64,000 nucleotides of DNA from Lingula anatina (Eukaryota > Animalia > Brachiopoda), in the NCBI GenBank assembly GCA_051362555.1, contig CM120640.1:56150788-56214787 (forward strand). Direction: 5' to 3'. The notes under the pieces were generated by a model that did not search any database, had not been told where the DNA came from, and was given only the letters and a program-made list of their open reading frames with translations. Positions 22,276 to 34,500 of the stretch are shown here, piece by piece (position 1 is the first letter of the stretch; each line of letters begins with the position of its first letter). A program made the translations under genes and the position numbers.

Positions 22276-24545
22276 TCCTTGTTGCACACTTTACTTACAT
22301 TGGTATTACCTGTTGTGCATATTTAAAATTTGATGTTGACTTTGCAGTTAAGCATAATGTATTATTGCATCAGAGTTGATAGTTGCCTATTTTGTGTATT
22401 ATTATTTTCTGCTTTTTGTCTGTACATTTGACAGCTTTGCTCTTGTTTCTTAATCCACTTGCCCTGAGTGTCAGAGTCACTGTGAATCGGGCTTCAGTTT
22501 TGCTGATATGGGTTATATATGAAATCAAGATCGAGCTGGCAAAACTGAAATCTAGAACCTAGGGTAAATCCACTTAGATAATGTGAAAATAAAAATTGAC
22601 ATGTTATGTGGTAATGCTGGCGCATCAAAAGAAAAAAAAACGAGTGAATTTGCTTTTTTGAGCTGATGGTGTAACAGCAGCATTTTGGTGTACAAACTGT
22701 AAAACCACTTTCAGACATTTCCAACTCACCTGAAGAGCTTACAATGCCATTTTAATGCCTATTTAACCACAACAATGAGTTCAACGTTCTGGTGCCAAGA
22801 ATTATTTTGAATGGCATACTTGTGATTTATCAGTGAATGGATAAAATAATACCTTTACTTAGTGGAACATTTTTAAATCTTTAAAAAACCAAACGCTGGC
22901 ACCAGGTAGTAAATTCACACGCTACTCGTCGATCAGGCTAACTTTCTTGATAGTTACCCGAGTTGCCTGGAACCGATAACCATTTCACACCAATTAGAAA
23001 GCGGCAAAACTAACGATTAACGCTTGGCCACATTATGAACAGAAGAGTGTGGGGGTAGTGAATAAAGGAACAAAATAGGGGAAAGTTTGTGCTCTAAAAG
23101 TAAATTAATATTAAGATAAGTATTTCACATAAAAGATAAAAACAAAGGCCTTAATTATGCATCGAATCCAATTTTCTGCTCTCTTTTGTATCATTTTTGC
23201 CTTCACATATGTACATTTTATCTAAAAAAAAAGTGAATTTAAGAAATAATAAAATTGACAGTAATGAATTGAAGTCACAGCACAGTGATCTGCAGTCAGT
23301 CTTCCTCTTTCTGTCCAAATGCAACCCCAAATAACAATACATTTAATTACACACCTGTGCCGTGAGTGAAGAGGCATCGTATATCGAAGTGGTCCAGGTC
23401 TGGGTCCGGGAAAACGGGCCTGCAATGTATGAAGTAGGCACTGTACCTGAACTGGTTGACGATATTCAAAATCACTGCACCAAACATAATTTGGTTACAT
23501 ATAAAATATATTGTCTCAAAAATAATGATTTTCACAGCCGCATAAATAAACAATAGTAACTATGTAACTGTAGGAAGACATTTGAATTATCAAATATACA
23601 ATTCCAATCGATCTAAGAGTAAAATGGCAAATCAAACTAAACCAATAACCCCCACCTCTCATCACGGCACCCGTGCACATGCTTTTTTTTTCTTACTACT
23701 CTTTTTATTTTATTTTATTTATTTATTTATTTATTTATTTTTTATCATCTAAAACCGCGCCTGTTTTCGCTCATGTATATGTTCGTTACCACCATCAAAA
23801 TACAGCTCTATGGCAATTTTGGTCCTATTTCCAGCATACCAACCCAGATTTTTTGAAATGGTCCATTTTCTTCTTCTTTTTTTTTTCTCTTCTTTTTTAC
23901 TTGAATAAATCCAGTCTTATTTTGAAGGCTACACCGAACCGTGCAATTGTGTTAGATGAGACGTGACACGTACATCATAAAACTAATCTCACCCAGACGC
24001 TGTTATAAAACTCTGGTTCACACCCAGCTCAACCCAGCCCCCGATACAGTATCGGATTTAGGAGGGTGGGGGGGTGGGGGGGGGGGGGGGTAGGGGGTCC
24101 TGACCCCCCCTTTGATTTCTGAAAAAAAAGCACACCAAAATACCAATGGCTCTGAATAAATTAGTTTGGTAATTCAGTTAATGGTTATTCAATGTTTAAA
24201 AGAAAACTTAAATCTCGTTCAATTTTAACGAAAGCCAGTAATATCTTATTTGTGAACATCGAAAAATCGGTAAATTATTTTCCAAACTACATGTATAAAA
24301 TCTAATCTATATCTAAATAGACACATTGATAAAAGCTTCGATCAAAAGATCTAGAGTAGTAGAAAAATATTGCAAAATGAAAGACTATAGGTCTAACGTG
24401 ACGTGTTTGGGAGTTAACTGTAAAGGGACCAGGAAATTATATCGAAAAATACTAAATAAACACTATATCATTCATACAATAAGATTACTTTTTAGACCAT
24501 CAACGACGGGTCATTTTGGAAGAACGTTATTGTACCATAACTTTT

Positions 24546-24700
24546 CCATGGCGCTTAAATGCGCATGCGCACAGCATACTTACAGCGCCTCCTATCACAT
24601 TGACTTGTTTTCAAGTCAAGAAACCGACACAGCAAGTAGAGGGGTATCCTATGTTACACGTTGTGACTTATTCAGGCGGTTCTTAATAATATCTAAGGTA
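24546..24700 (+). promoter_or_regulatory. Probable POMGNT1 promoter with a perfect NRF1 site
   Basis: Palindrome TGCGCATGCGCA at 24560-24571 (NRF1 consensus) and YY1-like CCATGGCG at 24546-24553 in a CpG-rich patch. Candidate first donors at ~24698 (aag|gtaatt) and ~24946 (aag|gtatgt); acceptor for the first coding exon at 31480. Confidence 0.65.
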
Positions 24701-24976
24701 ATTTATAACCCCTTTAGTGGCGCTTGTATGTCTTAATTTTTTCTTCAACAGAGGTTCAGAATGTCAGACAGTGTGTGTAAGTTGTACTGGTAGTTGTAGT
24801 AGTAGTACTACTGCTCATGTGCTAGACGTACAGTATGACAAGACATCGTACCCGCTTTATCATGATTTCAAATCTGTCGCTCTTTTGTAGGAATGCCCTG
24901 TGGGTTAGAGTGAATAGTATTTATGCTGTAAGGCTCTGTATGAAGGTATGTTTTTGAGTTGTCTGCCTCTGGTAGT

Positions 24977-25646
24977 CACCCTGAGCTTCAGAGCTAACTT
25001 GACACTAACCTTTTCACTGTAGCCTATATCTCCATCGTGTCAAGTTACCTCTGACCAGATTCGATTGCCTCCGCCGCCCGCCAATCAAATTTAAAAGCCC
25101 GCACTCAATGACTCATTAAACGATCTAGCCAATGAACGCGAACGAGTCAAAGCGCGCTTTGTTCAAATCCGGACCAATCAAAGATAAGGCTGAATATCAG
25201 GGACTTGCCGTAACCTGTGGGCAGCACGCAAATAACATCGTCTCTCAGTAGATAATGATGCAGGGCCTCAAACTGCTAGACCCTATGGTTTCAATTCCGA
25301 TTTACTCATATTTTGCAAAGAATCAAGAGATAACTTAACACATTCTTTTTCGTAGTCACTCGCCTTGCTTTCTTTGTGTACGGTAATACACTCGGAACTA
25401 CTCGGATGTCTCCGCACTCGACAATAACTTTGTTGTTAGTATGGAGCTTGCGGAATCAGCCGAGGATTGCCGATTGACGGTCAACCAATCAGCGTTTTCA
25501 CCAAACTTTGGTGAAAAATTTTGAAACATGGATTTGATTGGCTTATATAAACTAGGTCAAACTATTTTCGTCAGAGGTAACTTGACACGATGGAGATAGG
25601 CTACAGTGAAAAGGTTAGTGTCAAGTTAGCTCTGAAGCTCAGGGTG
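24977..25646. mobile_element. Young non-autonomous DNA transposon with ~78-bp TIRs and perfect 8-bp TSD (hAT- or P-like)
   Basis: TSD CTGGTAGT at 24969-24976 and 25647-25654. TIRs 24977-25055 and 25570-25646 differ only by a 2-bp indel. Confidence 0.92.
25389..25476. mobile_element. 88-bp mini derivative of the 16855-17221 element, nested inside the 24977-25646 element
   Basis: The first 37 bp match 16855-16891 and the last ~42 bp match 17180-17221 with one mismatch. Flanks ACGGTAATA / ACGGTCAAC look like a decayed 9-bp TSD. Confidence 0.85.
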
Positions 25647-25818
25647 CTGGTAGTAGACAAACATGAAAAAAATATATAAACAAAAAAAAATGTGCCAAGT
25701 GTATGTGAGCAATATATATATATTGCATCATTATTAGAATCCTTACTTCTGGACCTGGGGCCTGGATAGGTAACTCATATCCTATACTAATAGTCATCAA
25801 TATTGTGATATTTTTTAA

Positions 25819-26094
25819 GAGACCATTCCCAGAGACTATCGTACTAACTTTGGATTGATCCATCAACAAGGGGATTCTCACTAAATCGCTATCAATTTAA
25901 GTGGCTTAACCTACTAAAACTGTTAGGGGGTAATTAAATACCTGAGGCTGAGCGCGAAAGTTCACAAAAGTTAATTACCCCCTAGCTGATTTGGTATGTG
26001 TGATAGCTGCATAAGTTGATAGCAATTTAGCATGAATCCCCATGAAGTTAGACCTATCCTGTTGGATTGATCTAGGAATGGGAACCCAGCCTAA
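25819..26094. mobile_element. Family A element, near-complete copy 3
   Basis: Imperfect inverted ends (GACCATTCCCAGA ... TCTAGGAATGGGAACCCAGCCTAA); blocks shared with the other three copies. Confidence 0.7.
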
Positions 26095-27483
26095 CTTCTG
26101 TTTTACCCCCACTTCAGATATCACTGAAAATTTGTTTAGGTTTATGCCATAACAATATTTGCTATAGCCCTTAGAAAAGTTCTTAGTCCACTTGTCCTTA
26201 AGGAATGACAAAATCCTACTAGTAATTGCTGTCTCTCATATTCTGTATACCTTATTTATTGTTGTTGTTCATTGGGGATAAGGAACTTCAAATAAAATAA
26301 ACCTGGGAGGGGAGTATCTAATAAGGAGTGTTGAAGTGGGCAAATCTTTATCAGAGACTTGGTTTTATGGGGATGTTAATCTTCAAGATGTAAGTTTCAG
26401 TTGTTCAAAAGAATCTTTTGATTTCAAACAGTTGGCAACGTGCCCTTTGTGCAGGACTTTGAATAGTGAGTTCCTATTTTGGTTAATGCTAGATTTGAAG
26501 CAGTTTGGGTCCATACTGAAAAATTGAGTGTTTATCATATGGCATATATGTATTTTTAGGTATTATATGTTACTTAAAGGTTATTTAATGCTCATCAGCC
26601 ATGTAGGCTATGTAAATGTTGATGTTTCATCTTCTTTTCCTTCTATTATCCAATTGTTAAATCTTTTACTAGAGAGTAATTGAAAAGCATGCAAAAGTCA
26701 AAATTTCAGGCTGCTTAACAATGTGATATATATAATTACCCCTGAAGTGAATATCTTTTTCACTTAAGCTACTGTTTATTTTGTAGAATATACATTAAGT
26801 TTTGGTGATTGTTTATAACAGATAGAATTATAATCGGGATTTTTTTATTATTGTTTGTCTTGTACCAACTTGGCTCAGGTGTTATAGGTTATTTCAGTAA
26901 CTCATTGTCCCTTTGGTCTTGTAAAGGTAACCATCCATACACTAATGTCTTTTTGCATGAATATCTCTGACCAATCACATGAGCAGTTAGCAAGAAGAAA
27001 TGTTGATTGTAGTGGTTATTTACCTTAATTGAAGGAATCACTGTCTGTGAAATGTACTTAGTCGTCTGATGGATGGGAGGTAGATTGTTGTTTGTCAGTA
27101 TTAGCACTGCTGGATCTCAGACATCAAGAAGAGCGGTGCTTTTTTTCCTTTTATCCTTTTAGAATTTTTTTTCTGCTCAAAGAACATTTCTACATGCTAC
27201 ATGTAATTTGGGCCATTTGCTATGCAGTGTTTCTGAAACATGCTTCTTTAACCCTCATTGTGTCTCTCCTTTCCTTTTTGAAAGGGGTTGTTTCCAAATA
27301 TGGTATGTCTTCTTGATTTTAAAAGGTTGGGTGAGGGGAGGTTTATATAGGATAACCTTTAGTATCCTAATTTGTTTATAATCTGTGATAGCAAAAACAT
27401 GTAACCATGGTGCTGGGTTCTTTGTGTGTGAGATATAGAAGTTAGGACTTTTAAATGCTTGGTAACAATCTGTAGGGCAGCAA

Positions 27484-27649
27484 CAGGGGCGTAACCAGGC
27501 ATACGCACGGATGCACTGTGCGTACAATTTTTTGAGCCAACCATGATGTCATTCTCCATAAATTCAGTGTATTTTTCACGGAATATAATCGTACCTGGGA
27601 ATTTTCAAAATCTGTGCGTACAATTTTAAATGGTCTGGTTACGCCCCTG
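27484..27649. mobile_element. hAT-type MITE
   Basis: Perfect 15-bp TIR CAGGGGCGTAACCAG / CTGGTTACGCCCCTG; decayed 8-bp flanks GGCAGCAA / AGCAGTGA; internal repeat CTGTGCGTACAATTTT twice. Confidence 0.85.
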
Positions 27650-27833
27650 AGCAGTGATGCCAGATTCAATCAAATATCATTTGATACCAGACATGTAGCT
27701 AACCATTGAATTCTGATTACCTATTGGTAAATATTACAAATAAATATCTATTGCAAAGTATCGGAAAGATTGGCTATGCCATGATGGGAATACTTTGCAG
27801 TTGTTCAGAGTAATAGATAGTAATTGTTATATG

Positions 27834-27999
27834 GGGTAGCACTAGCAATTTTTTTCACTTAGCCAAATCACTACTTTTTCATTACTTTTTCCAAAATGGT
27901 TTAAATTTGACTAAAACAAATCATATCAACCCTATTTTGTTAAGCCAGTTGAAGTCAGTTTTAGCATTTGGCTAAATTGGCAAGTGTTAGTGCTACCCT
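27834..27999. mobile_element. Degenerate hAT-like MITE
   Basis: GGGTAGCACTA ... TAGTGCTACCC ends; subterminal TTAGCCAAAT / ATTTGGCTAA. Confidence 0.65.
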
Positions 28000-28173
28000 T
28001 AGGTTATAGAAACATTTGTTTTTATTGATGCAAGTAACTGTCTATAAAAAGACTCGTCCATTGATAACATTCAAATTCATGTATCTGCAAGTCATTTTTT
28101 TCAATGTCAAAATAAAAAGGTTCTTGGTTGTAAATTTATGTCCCTACAGATTTGCATGAGGTGTGCACATACC

Positions 28174-28205
<32 letters not shown>

Positions 28206-31200
28206 GAAAGAATATCTTTACTGTTTTTGATAGGAGGAAAAAATGAAAACTTATATATTTCTTTTCTTTTTTTTCTCTCTCTTTCTTTTTTTTTTTTTTT
28301 TTTTTTTTTTTGCACAAAGGGATCACGTAGTCTCAGTTACCAAGTTTCAAGCTGCAGAAAGCTTTACATAAATGAATGTCTTGTGCTGTAATTGTAATAT
28401 AGCAATATTAGAAATCTTCTACTTGGATGGTATTGAAAACTTAAACCTTAGTCCTTTCTTTGCTAATGCCAAGCTGCCTGGTTTATTGCTTGCAATTTAA
28501 CAATTAGTATTCATCACATTCACACACCTTTAGATCCTGTTAGATGGAGAACAAGTCACCTAAATATGTCTGATTGTTTGTCGTAAGTATATGTCAACAC
28601 TGCAGTATCGCAGACACAAATATTTTCTGTGTTTAAAGGTTGTTTTGCTTGTTCTCAAGTAGATAAGGGACACTTCCTGGTGTTTGTTTTCTCCCCCACA
28701 CCTGGGCACAGGTAAAACATATGGTCAGCATACAGGCAGTAGTCTCGGGTAGTCTTGCACTGTCTGTAGCATACTTCAGTATACCTCTGAAATGAGCAGC
28801 AGGAAGTTTGTAGTACTCATTCATGTCTAGGTAAGTTGTGCCCTGATGAAGGGAAAAGAGGTAATAGAAAATTTGTTACATTTTGAAAATGTTTTACATA
28901 ACCCAGTGATGGACTTGGAGTTATTTATTTTGTGACCAAGGCAGACACAGGCTATAGGAATTTAAGGTTAATATGTAGTTGGGTTTGCTAGATAATAATA
29001 ATAATAATGGCATTTGTTGTGCTGTATATTTAGGGAAAAAAGAATGTAGTTCCATTTGCTAGGAGGATAGCAGGGATTATATGAAGAGGATCTAGTTACA
29101 TGTTTTTTTAATAATGATGCTGGAAAGCCACAAGTACTGGTCTTAATAATGGATGTAGATATGAGAAATGAAAGGACCAACAGGCACAGTGACATGTCTT
29201 TAAGTTGATGAGCTGTGGAGGCTGAACACAGCAAAAATGAGTATGGTAACAGTATCCAACAAGAGCATGTATTTGAATAAATTTAAAGTTAAACTATTTT
29301 ATTGCCCTTCAAAGATGGAAAAGGCTGAACAAAAATTGAATTATTCAAGGATATCAAATTGAAGGTTTTTTTAAGCACAAAAGTTATGTATGGTAATATT
29401 GGCAAGACTTGTTCTTATGTTATGTTAATGCTTGGTTGCTGAAGAGTGAAGAATGTGGTAACATGAGACAGACACTTAAAGGTGGAGCCTATTGAAATAA
29501 ATAATAGGGTGGGACGAAGACATTGATTGCAGTGTAGCAGTAGATGGATGCTGAACACTCTACCTGAGACATACCAAGACCATATCTGTCCTCTGTCAGG
29601 CAATGTGGGGAGGGTGTATGCATTCATCACAACCTCGTAACTTAGATAACATTATTTACACTTGGCAGTGGCCAGGTTCTGAAATTTCATAGCTGTGTCA
29701 TATACATGTGTGGGGATGTATGCTTGTGTTATGTATTGCAGGCAGGCAGGTGAGTTTTGACTTTTTTACTTACCCTCTAGTTTTCTGCTGTTTAAATTTT
29801 GCACTCTGTATCAACATTAAAAACACATTGACAATCATTTTAAAGCATTTTTCCCTGTGAAATTGGATCAAATGAGTAATTGGTCCTAATTGCACTGTGA
29901 GAAAAAAATGCCAACCTTGTAATTCCATTGGAGTGTACTTCATCTTGATCAATTCTTATAATGCACCCTTTACCACTTCCTGCAGCAGAGCAAACCCTTT
30001 AAAAAGCACAAAAAGTGTGATAATGCATTAGATTTTGGGAATATTTGAATGTAAAATTGACTGTGTCTAACGTGGCAACTGTAATTTGACTGGGAGTAAA
30101 GTTCTGTCATTAGCAGCAGCTTTTCAACCATAGAGAGTAAAGAAGTGTGTGTTGGTTTTCTTGATGAGAGAAATGTCTCTGTCTTGTAAAATGTCATATT
30201 TCTGACAGTTAAGGTATAGACAAATGTCAGAAATAGGTATATTGATCAATATCATTTAAGTAAGGAAAGTTAAGGAGTTATTGTATGCATTGCTGACATC
30301 ATTTGATTACTATCAGGTTCATTGGGGAGTTTGACTTAAATCAGGTGTCAACTTCCATTAAACAGGCCATTTAAAAGTTGACTTTCAGTAGATGAATGGA
30401 ATTTCAAACCACTTGCCGTCTCAGTAGGTAGCATTGACAAAAATTTTGAAGACAAGTTGAAAGGATTGTGCAAGGGAAGGATTAAAAAAAGGAAGAAACG
30501 CATATCTAGCAAATTAAATCGAAGGAAAGGCTGAGCTAGTGTCTTTTTGTTCTAGTTCTCAGCATTTATGAAATTCTGTTCAAATAAAAGAGACAATTTC
30601 AGTAAGTTCTGTTTAATTCTATTTATATCCATTTACAACCCAGTGTGTAGTTTATGGCCAGTTTTTTATTCACTAATGAATCTGCTGTGCCTGGAAAAAG
30701 CATCACTAATTTGTGTAAGTTGCCAAAGGGTCTGTTTTTGAAGTCGTGAGCCAGCAAATATTAAGCCTTCAGGTCCAAGCTGAATGAAATGACTGGTATA
30801 CTAAGGCCTGAAGACTGTTATCCTTTGTGTTTTAAAAGTTCCAACTTGGCTCTCTAATTAACCTTTTCAGTCAATGCGAAAAACCCTCTAAAACCCTACT
30901 TTAGAACAAAGGATTAATTTACCTACTAATAATGCTGAAAAAACAGAACTGATTTCTTTGTCAGACTGGGGGCAGAGAAGGGCAGAGATGTTTCATTGAG
31001 GCAGGAAAATGGAGCTTAGTTAATGTGGCAAGTAGAAGTCTCCTGACAGTTTGTAATGAAGACTTGTCAAGTTACCCACTACTAGTCTGTCTGCAACTCT
31101 ACAGTGGGTTTCATCTTTCACTCAATGCTAGTATCAGATGTGCTGGTGAAGTTGCTCTCCATTTGGATTGTATTGATGTTTTGTGGAATGTTTTGAACTG

Positions 31201-31561
31201 TGGCTTGCTTATACTGCTGTAAAGGAGCAGGAGCCCTGGCAAGTGAACTTGTCAGTGATCTGATTACACTCACTCTTGGGTAGATAGAACAACTGACAGT
31301 TTTCCAGGTAGCATAGGAACTAAATTCATTTCAGAACACTGTCTGTGACAGGTTTTGCCTGTAGTTAAACTTTAAACTTCATCCCTCTCACAACTTATCA
31401 GGCATGCAGCACAAGATGAGCAGAAGCTTTAAAGAGTGAATTTCAAAGAACCAGCATTAATGTTTTTCAATTCATTTCAGAATTGGTTTTCTAGCAGACA
31501 AGATGTGAACTCCTAAAAAAGGCAGGAACAGACAGGAGAAGCATTTTACATATCAGCTGTG

Positions 31562-34500
31562 ATGGAGAGTTGGAAACCTAATCCCAAGGCCCAGCCATTT
31601 GTGCCAAAGAGACATCACCATGGGTCCCTTCTGCCTCACAGGTCCCATGTGTCCCAGTCCAATAGGAGACGTATGCTAACCAGAGTTTTTCAGGTCAGTT
31701 GCTTTTAATTTTGACTCAAAATTTACAGTTTAGCTGCTAACTTTTTTTCAGAGGTTTGATGTTGTCTTGCATGATCTTGCATTAGAGGTTAAGGAATCGA
31801 GATTTCTGACCAATATTCCATCATGGTGCAGATGTCCTAGATCAATCTACTGTTGCCCTCTTTCTTTGCATAGTAGATTAAGTATGTTTCATTTAAAAGA
31901 TAATTGCATTTTTATGCATGGTGATACTATCACTGTGTAAGAACTGAATTTCAGCTGTTCTGATGAGATTTAAGATGACAATCAGTTTTGTTTTATGAGG
32001 TTTGGGAGAGAAGTCAATTGTGTGGTAAGTGTTCATTTAAGATGTGCTGATTTAATCTATGAGTCATGCCTAAGTGAAAGTTTGTTTGCCATGTTTATGA
32101 AGTTTACTCCACCCGAATAACCACAAAAACTTATAGGTGGACAGAGTTTCAAGATTGATCAGATGTTGCTTAAATCAATTGTTGCATTCAAAAGTATCAT
32201 CTAACTCCCTTGGTGTGGATATAAAGGCCTAGATCTAAGCATACTTGTTTTTAATTAAGCATACAATTTTGTCTTATCGCTTATGCTGTTGCAGATAAAA
32301 CCAGTGTAGCTTTCTTTATTTCTCAATTGTGCTTATGCTTTAGTAGCAATTCTGCAGTAATAGATGTACTACAGTGGTTTCCAGACCAGTTTGTTTGATA
32401 GTTCTACAGCTGAAGGGCTACATAGGAAAATAAGTTTACATAATAGTCTACAGGAAAATTATAGCATCTGTAGTTTTCTACTGGTACAACATTGTCACTC
32501 TATTAAATGCAATGTTGAGTAAGAGATGTGTATGATCTACCTAATAGGTTACCGATACTGTACATACGAAAACAAATTGCATGTGCAAGTATTGAAAAAT
32601 GTATAATTTGCATTCTGGCAATAAAGGTAGTACCTGGGAGAACAAGAGGACCAATGTGTGACATCAATATCATTAAGTAGCACTTCAGTGCTAGACCCAT
32701 GTGTTGTTGATTACATATGGCAAATTTCATTTGAAATGTCATCAGGTTTTTCTCTGAAGTGTCCTCCTCTAGTGTCCTAGGAAGAAAGGCGCTACTTATA
32801 ACCTTGCACTTCTGTATTTGTTTTATAACACTGGCATCTAGGTGTGTGCGTCATCATCTATTATCACAGTGCAGTTTTACATGTTTTATGATTCTAGCAA
32901 ATTGTTCAATAACTCGGAAAATGAATACCAGATTATTATTTTTTTTTGGTTGATTGATGGAAATAGCAGTAAAGGATGTTGACTTGGAATGGATTAAGTA
33001 TTGTGATTTATGTACATGAAAAATATATAAGCTCTTGTGGCAACTGTGCATAGTAAACCAGCTGCTTTTTGGCCTAAGATTAGTTTTTAATATTTAAACC
33101 ATCAAGTATGCAGGAGGTAAAAAGTTCAGGGCTGTGAAAGCTATGCCATTTTAAAGCAGTTAAGGCTGAAGAAATGATGTTAAATTCAGTAGAAGCAGTT
33201 GCTGTACATAGTCTACAGCCATTTAAGTCATCAAGTGTTCTTGCAACAGCTGTGCTGGTGAGAGGAGAGGCATCTCATGAATTATCCAGACCTTTGTATG
33301 TGTTTTTTTCCAAAGGAAGATATCCTCAGAAGAATTAGAAAAGCTAGATTTCACATAATACATAAATTTTCTGCACATGTTCACTTTTATCTTTAAATTT
33401 TAGATGGTTATGAAAAAAGATATAAATTTAAAACACATCCGTTAATACTTATAAAAAGGATTTTAATGTTCAACATCCATTATTGTAAACATTTTTCCAT
33501 TGTGCAGATTAATTGCCAGTACTAGTCATGCATTCTGCAATTCTGCAAGTTTGAAAACAAGACCAAGTATTTAATTTGAAAACCAATTAACATCCCTTTC
33601 TTGAATGGAATCTGCCCAACACTCAGAACATTGCTGTCTGTTACCAGTGCCAGAGCCTTCAATCATTGGAAAGATTACTTTATTTGGTCTCAGAAGATTC
33701 TAGAGCTGATGCCAAACATAAGACTGCATTCTGACAATTTGAAAGATAGTATTATATCAAGATGCAGTTAATTTGATTGCCAATCAGAATTGATGTGTGT
33801 TTCTTCTAACTGTAGAGTGCAGTCATAAAATTCATTCCAGTGTTTTTGTATGTAAAGGCAATAATTTGATTTTGCACAGAATACACGCCTAGTTCTGATG
33901 CAAGTAATTGAGCATGTTGGTTGTGCTATTTATAGTTGAAACGAAAACAAGAAAATAGTTTGGATTTAGAGAAATGAAATAGATCAAATGAATATTAACT
34001 AAAATGTTATCTTTTTAGAGTAAATATAGAATATGGTCAAATAAATGTTTTTTCTCGCTACCTAATTGCTTTGTTATGTTTAAGTTTCTTTTTCTGAAAT
34101 GCGTGAAGAAATGATTATACAATTCTGTGTTTTACTCTACTTTCAGGCTGGCTTGATTATAGTTCTGGTTGTAACAGTTGGCATCAATCTGACATTCATA
34201 TTAAACACAAGTCACAAACTACAGTCTACCCAATCCACCTCAGGTAAGTCTTTCCACCAAATATGTCCTGGGCTCCAGCAGTAGTGAGATTAACCTTCTC
34301 AACTGTTGACTGCCTCAGTGAAATTGTCTGGCAGAGTGAATTTTTAATTTTGAGGTAAAATGCGGACTGAAAAGAATATATGTCAGGCCTTAGGCATTTG
34401 CCAGTAATAAAGTTAGTAGCTTACTTTGATTTTTCTTTATCTATTACCAGCTGGCTTTTGGTGAGCAGTGGAGGGAAGACATTTAATGACTACAGTTGGG

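Noticed and set aside
24047-24115. Poly-G tract as a promoter G-quadruplex
   Set aside because: It sits in what looks like one end of a hAT-type element (CAGT..CGGATTTAGGAGGG), like the poly-G at 21441; homopolymer length is also error-prone.
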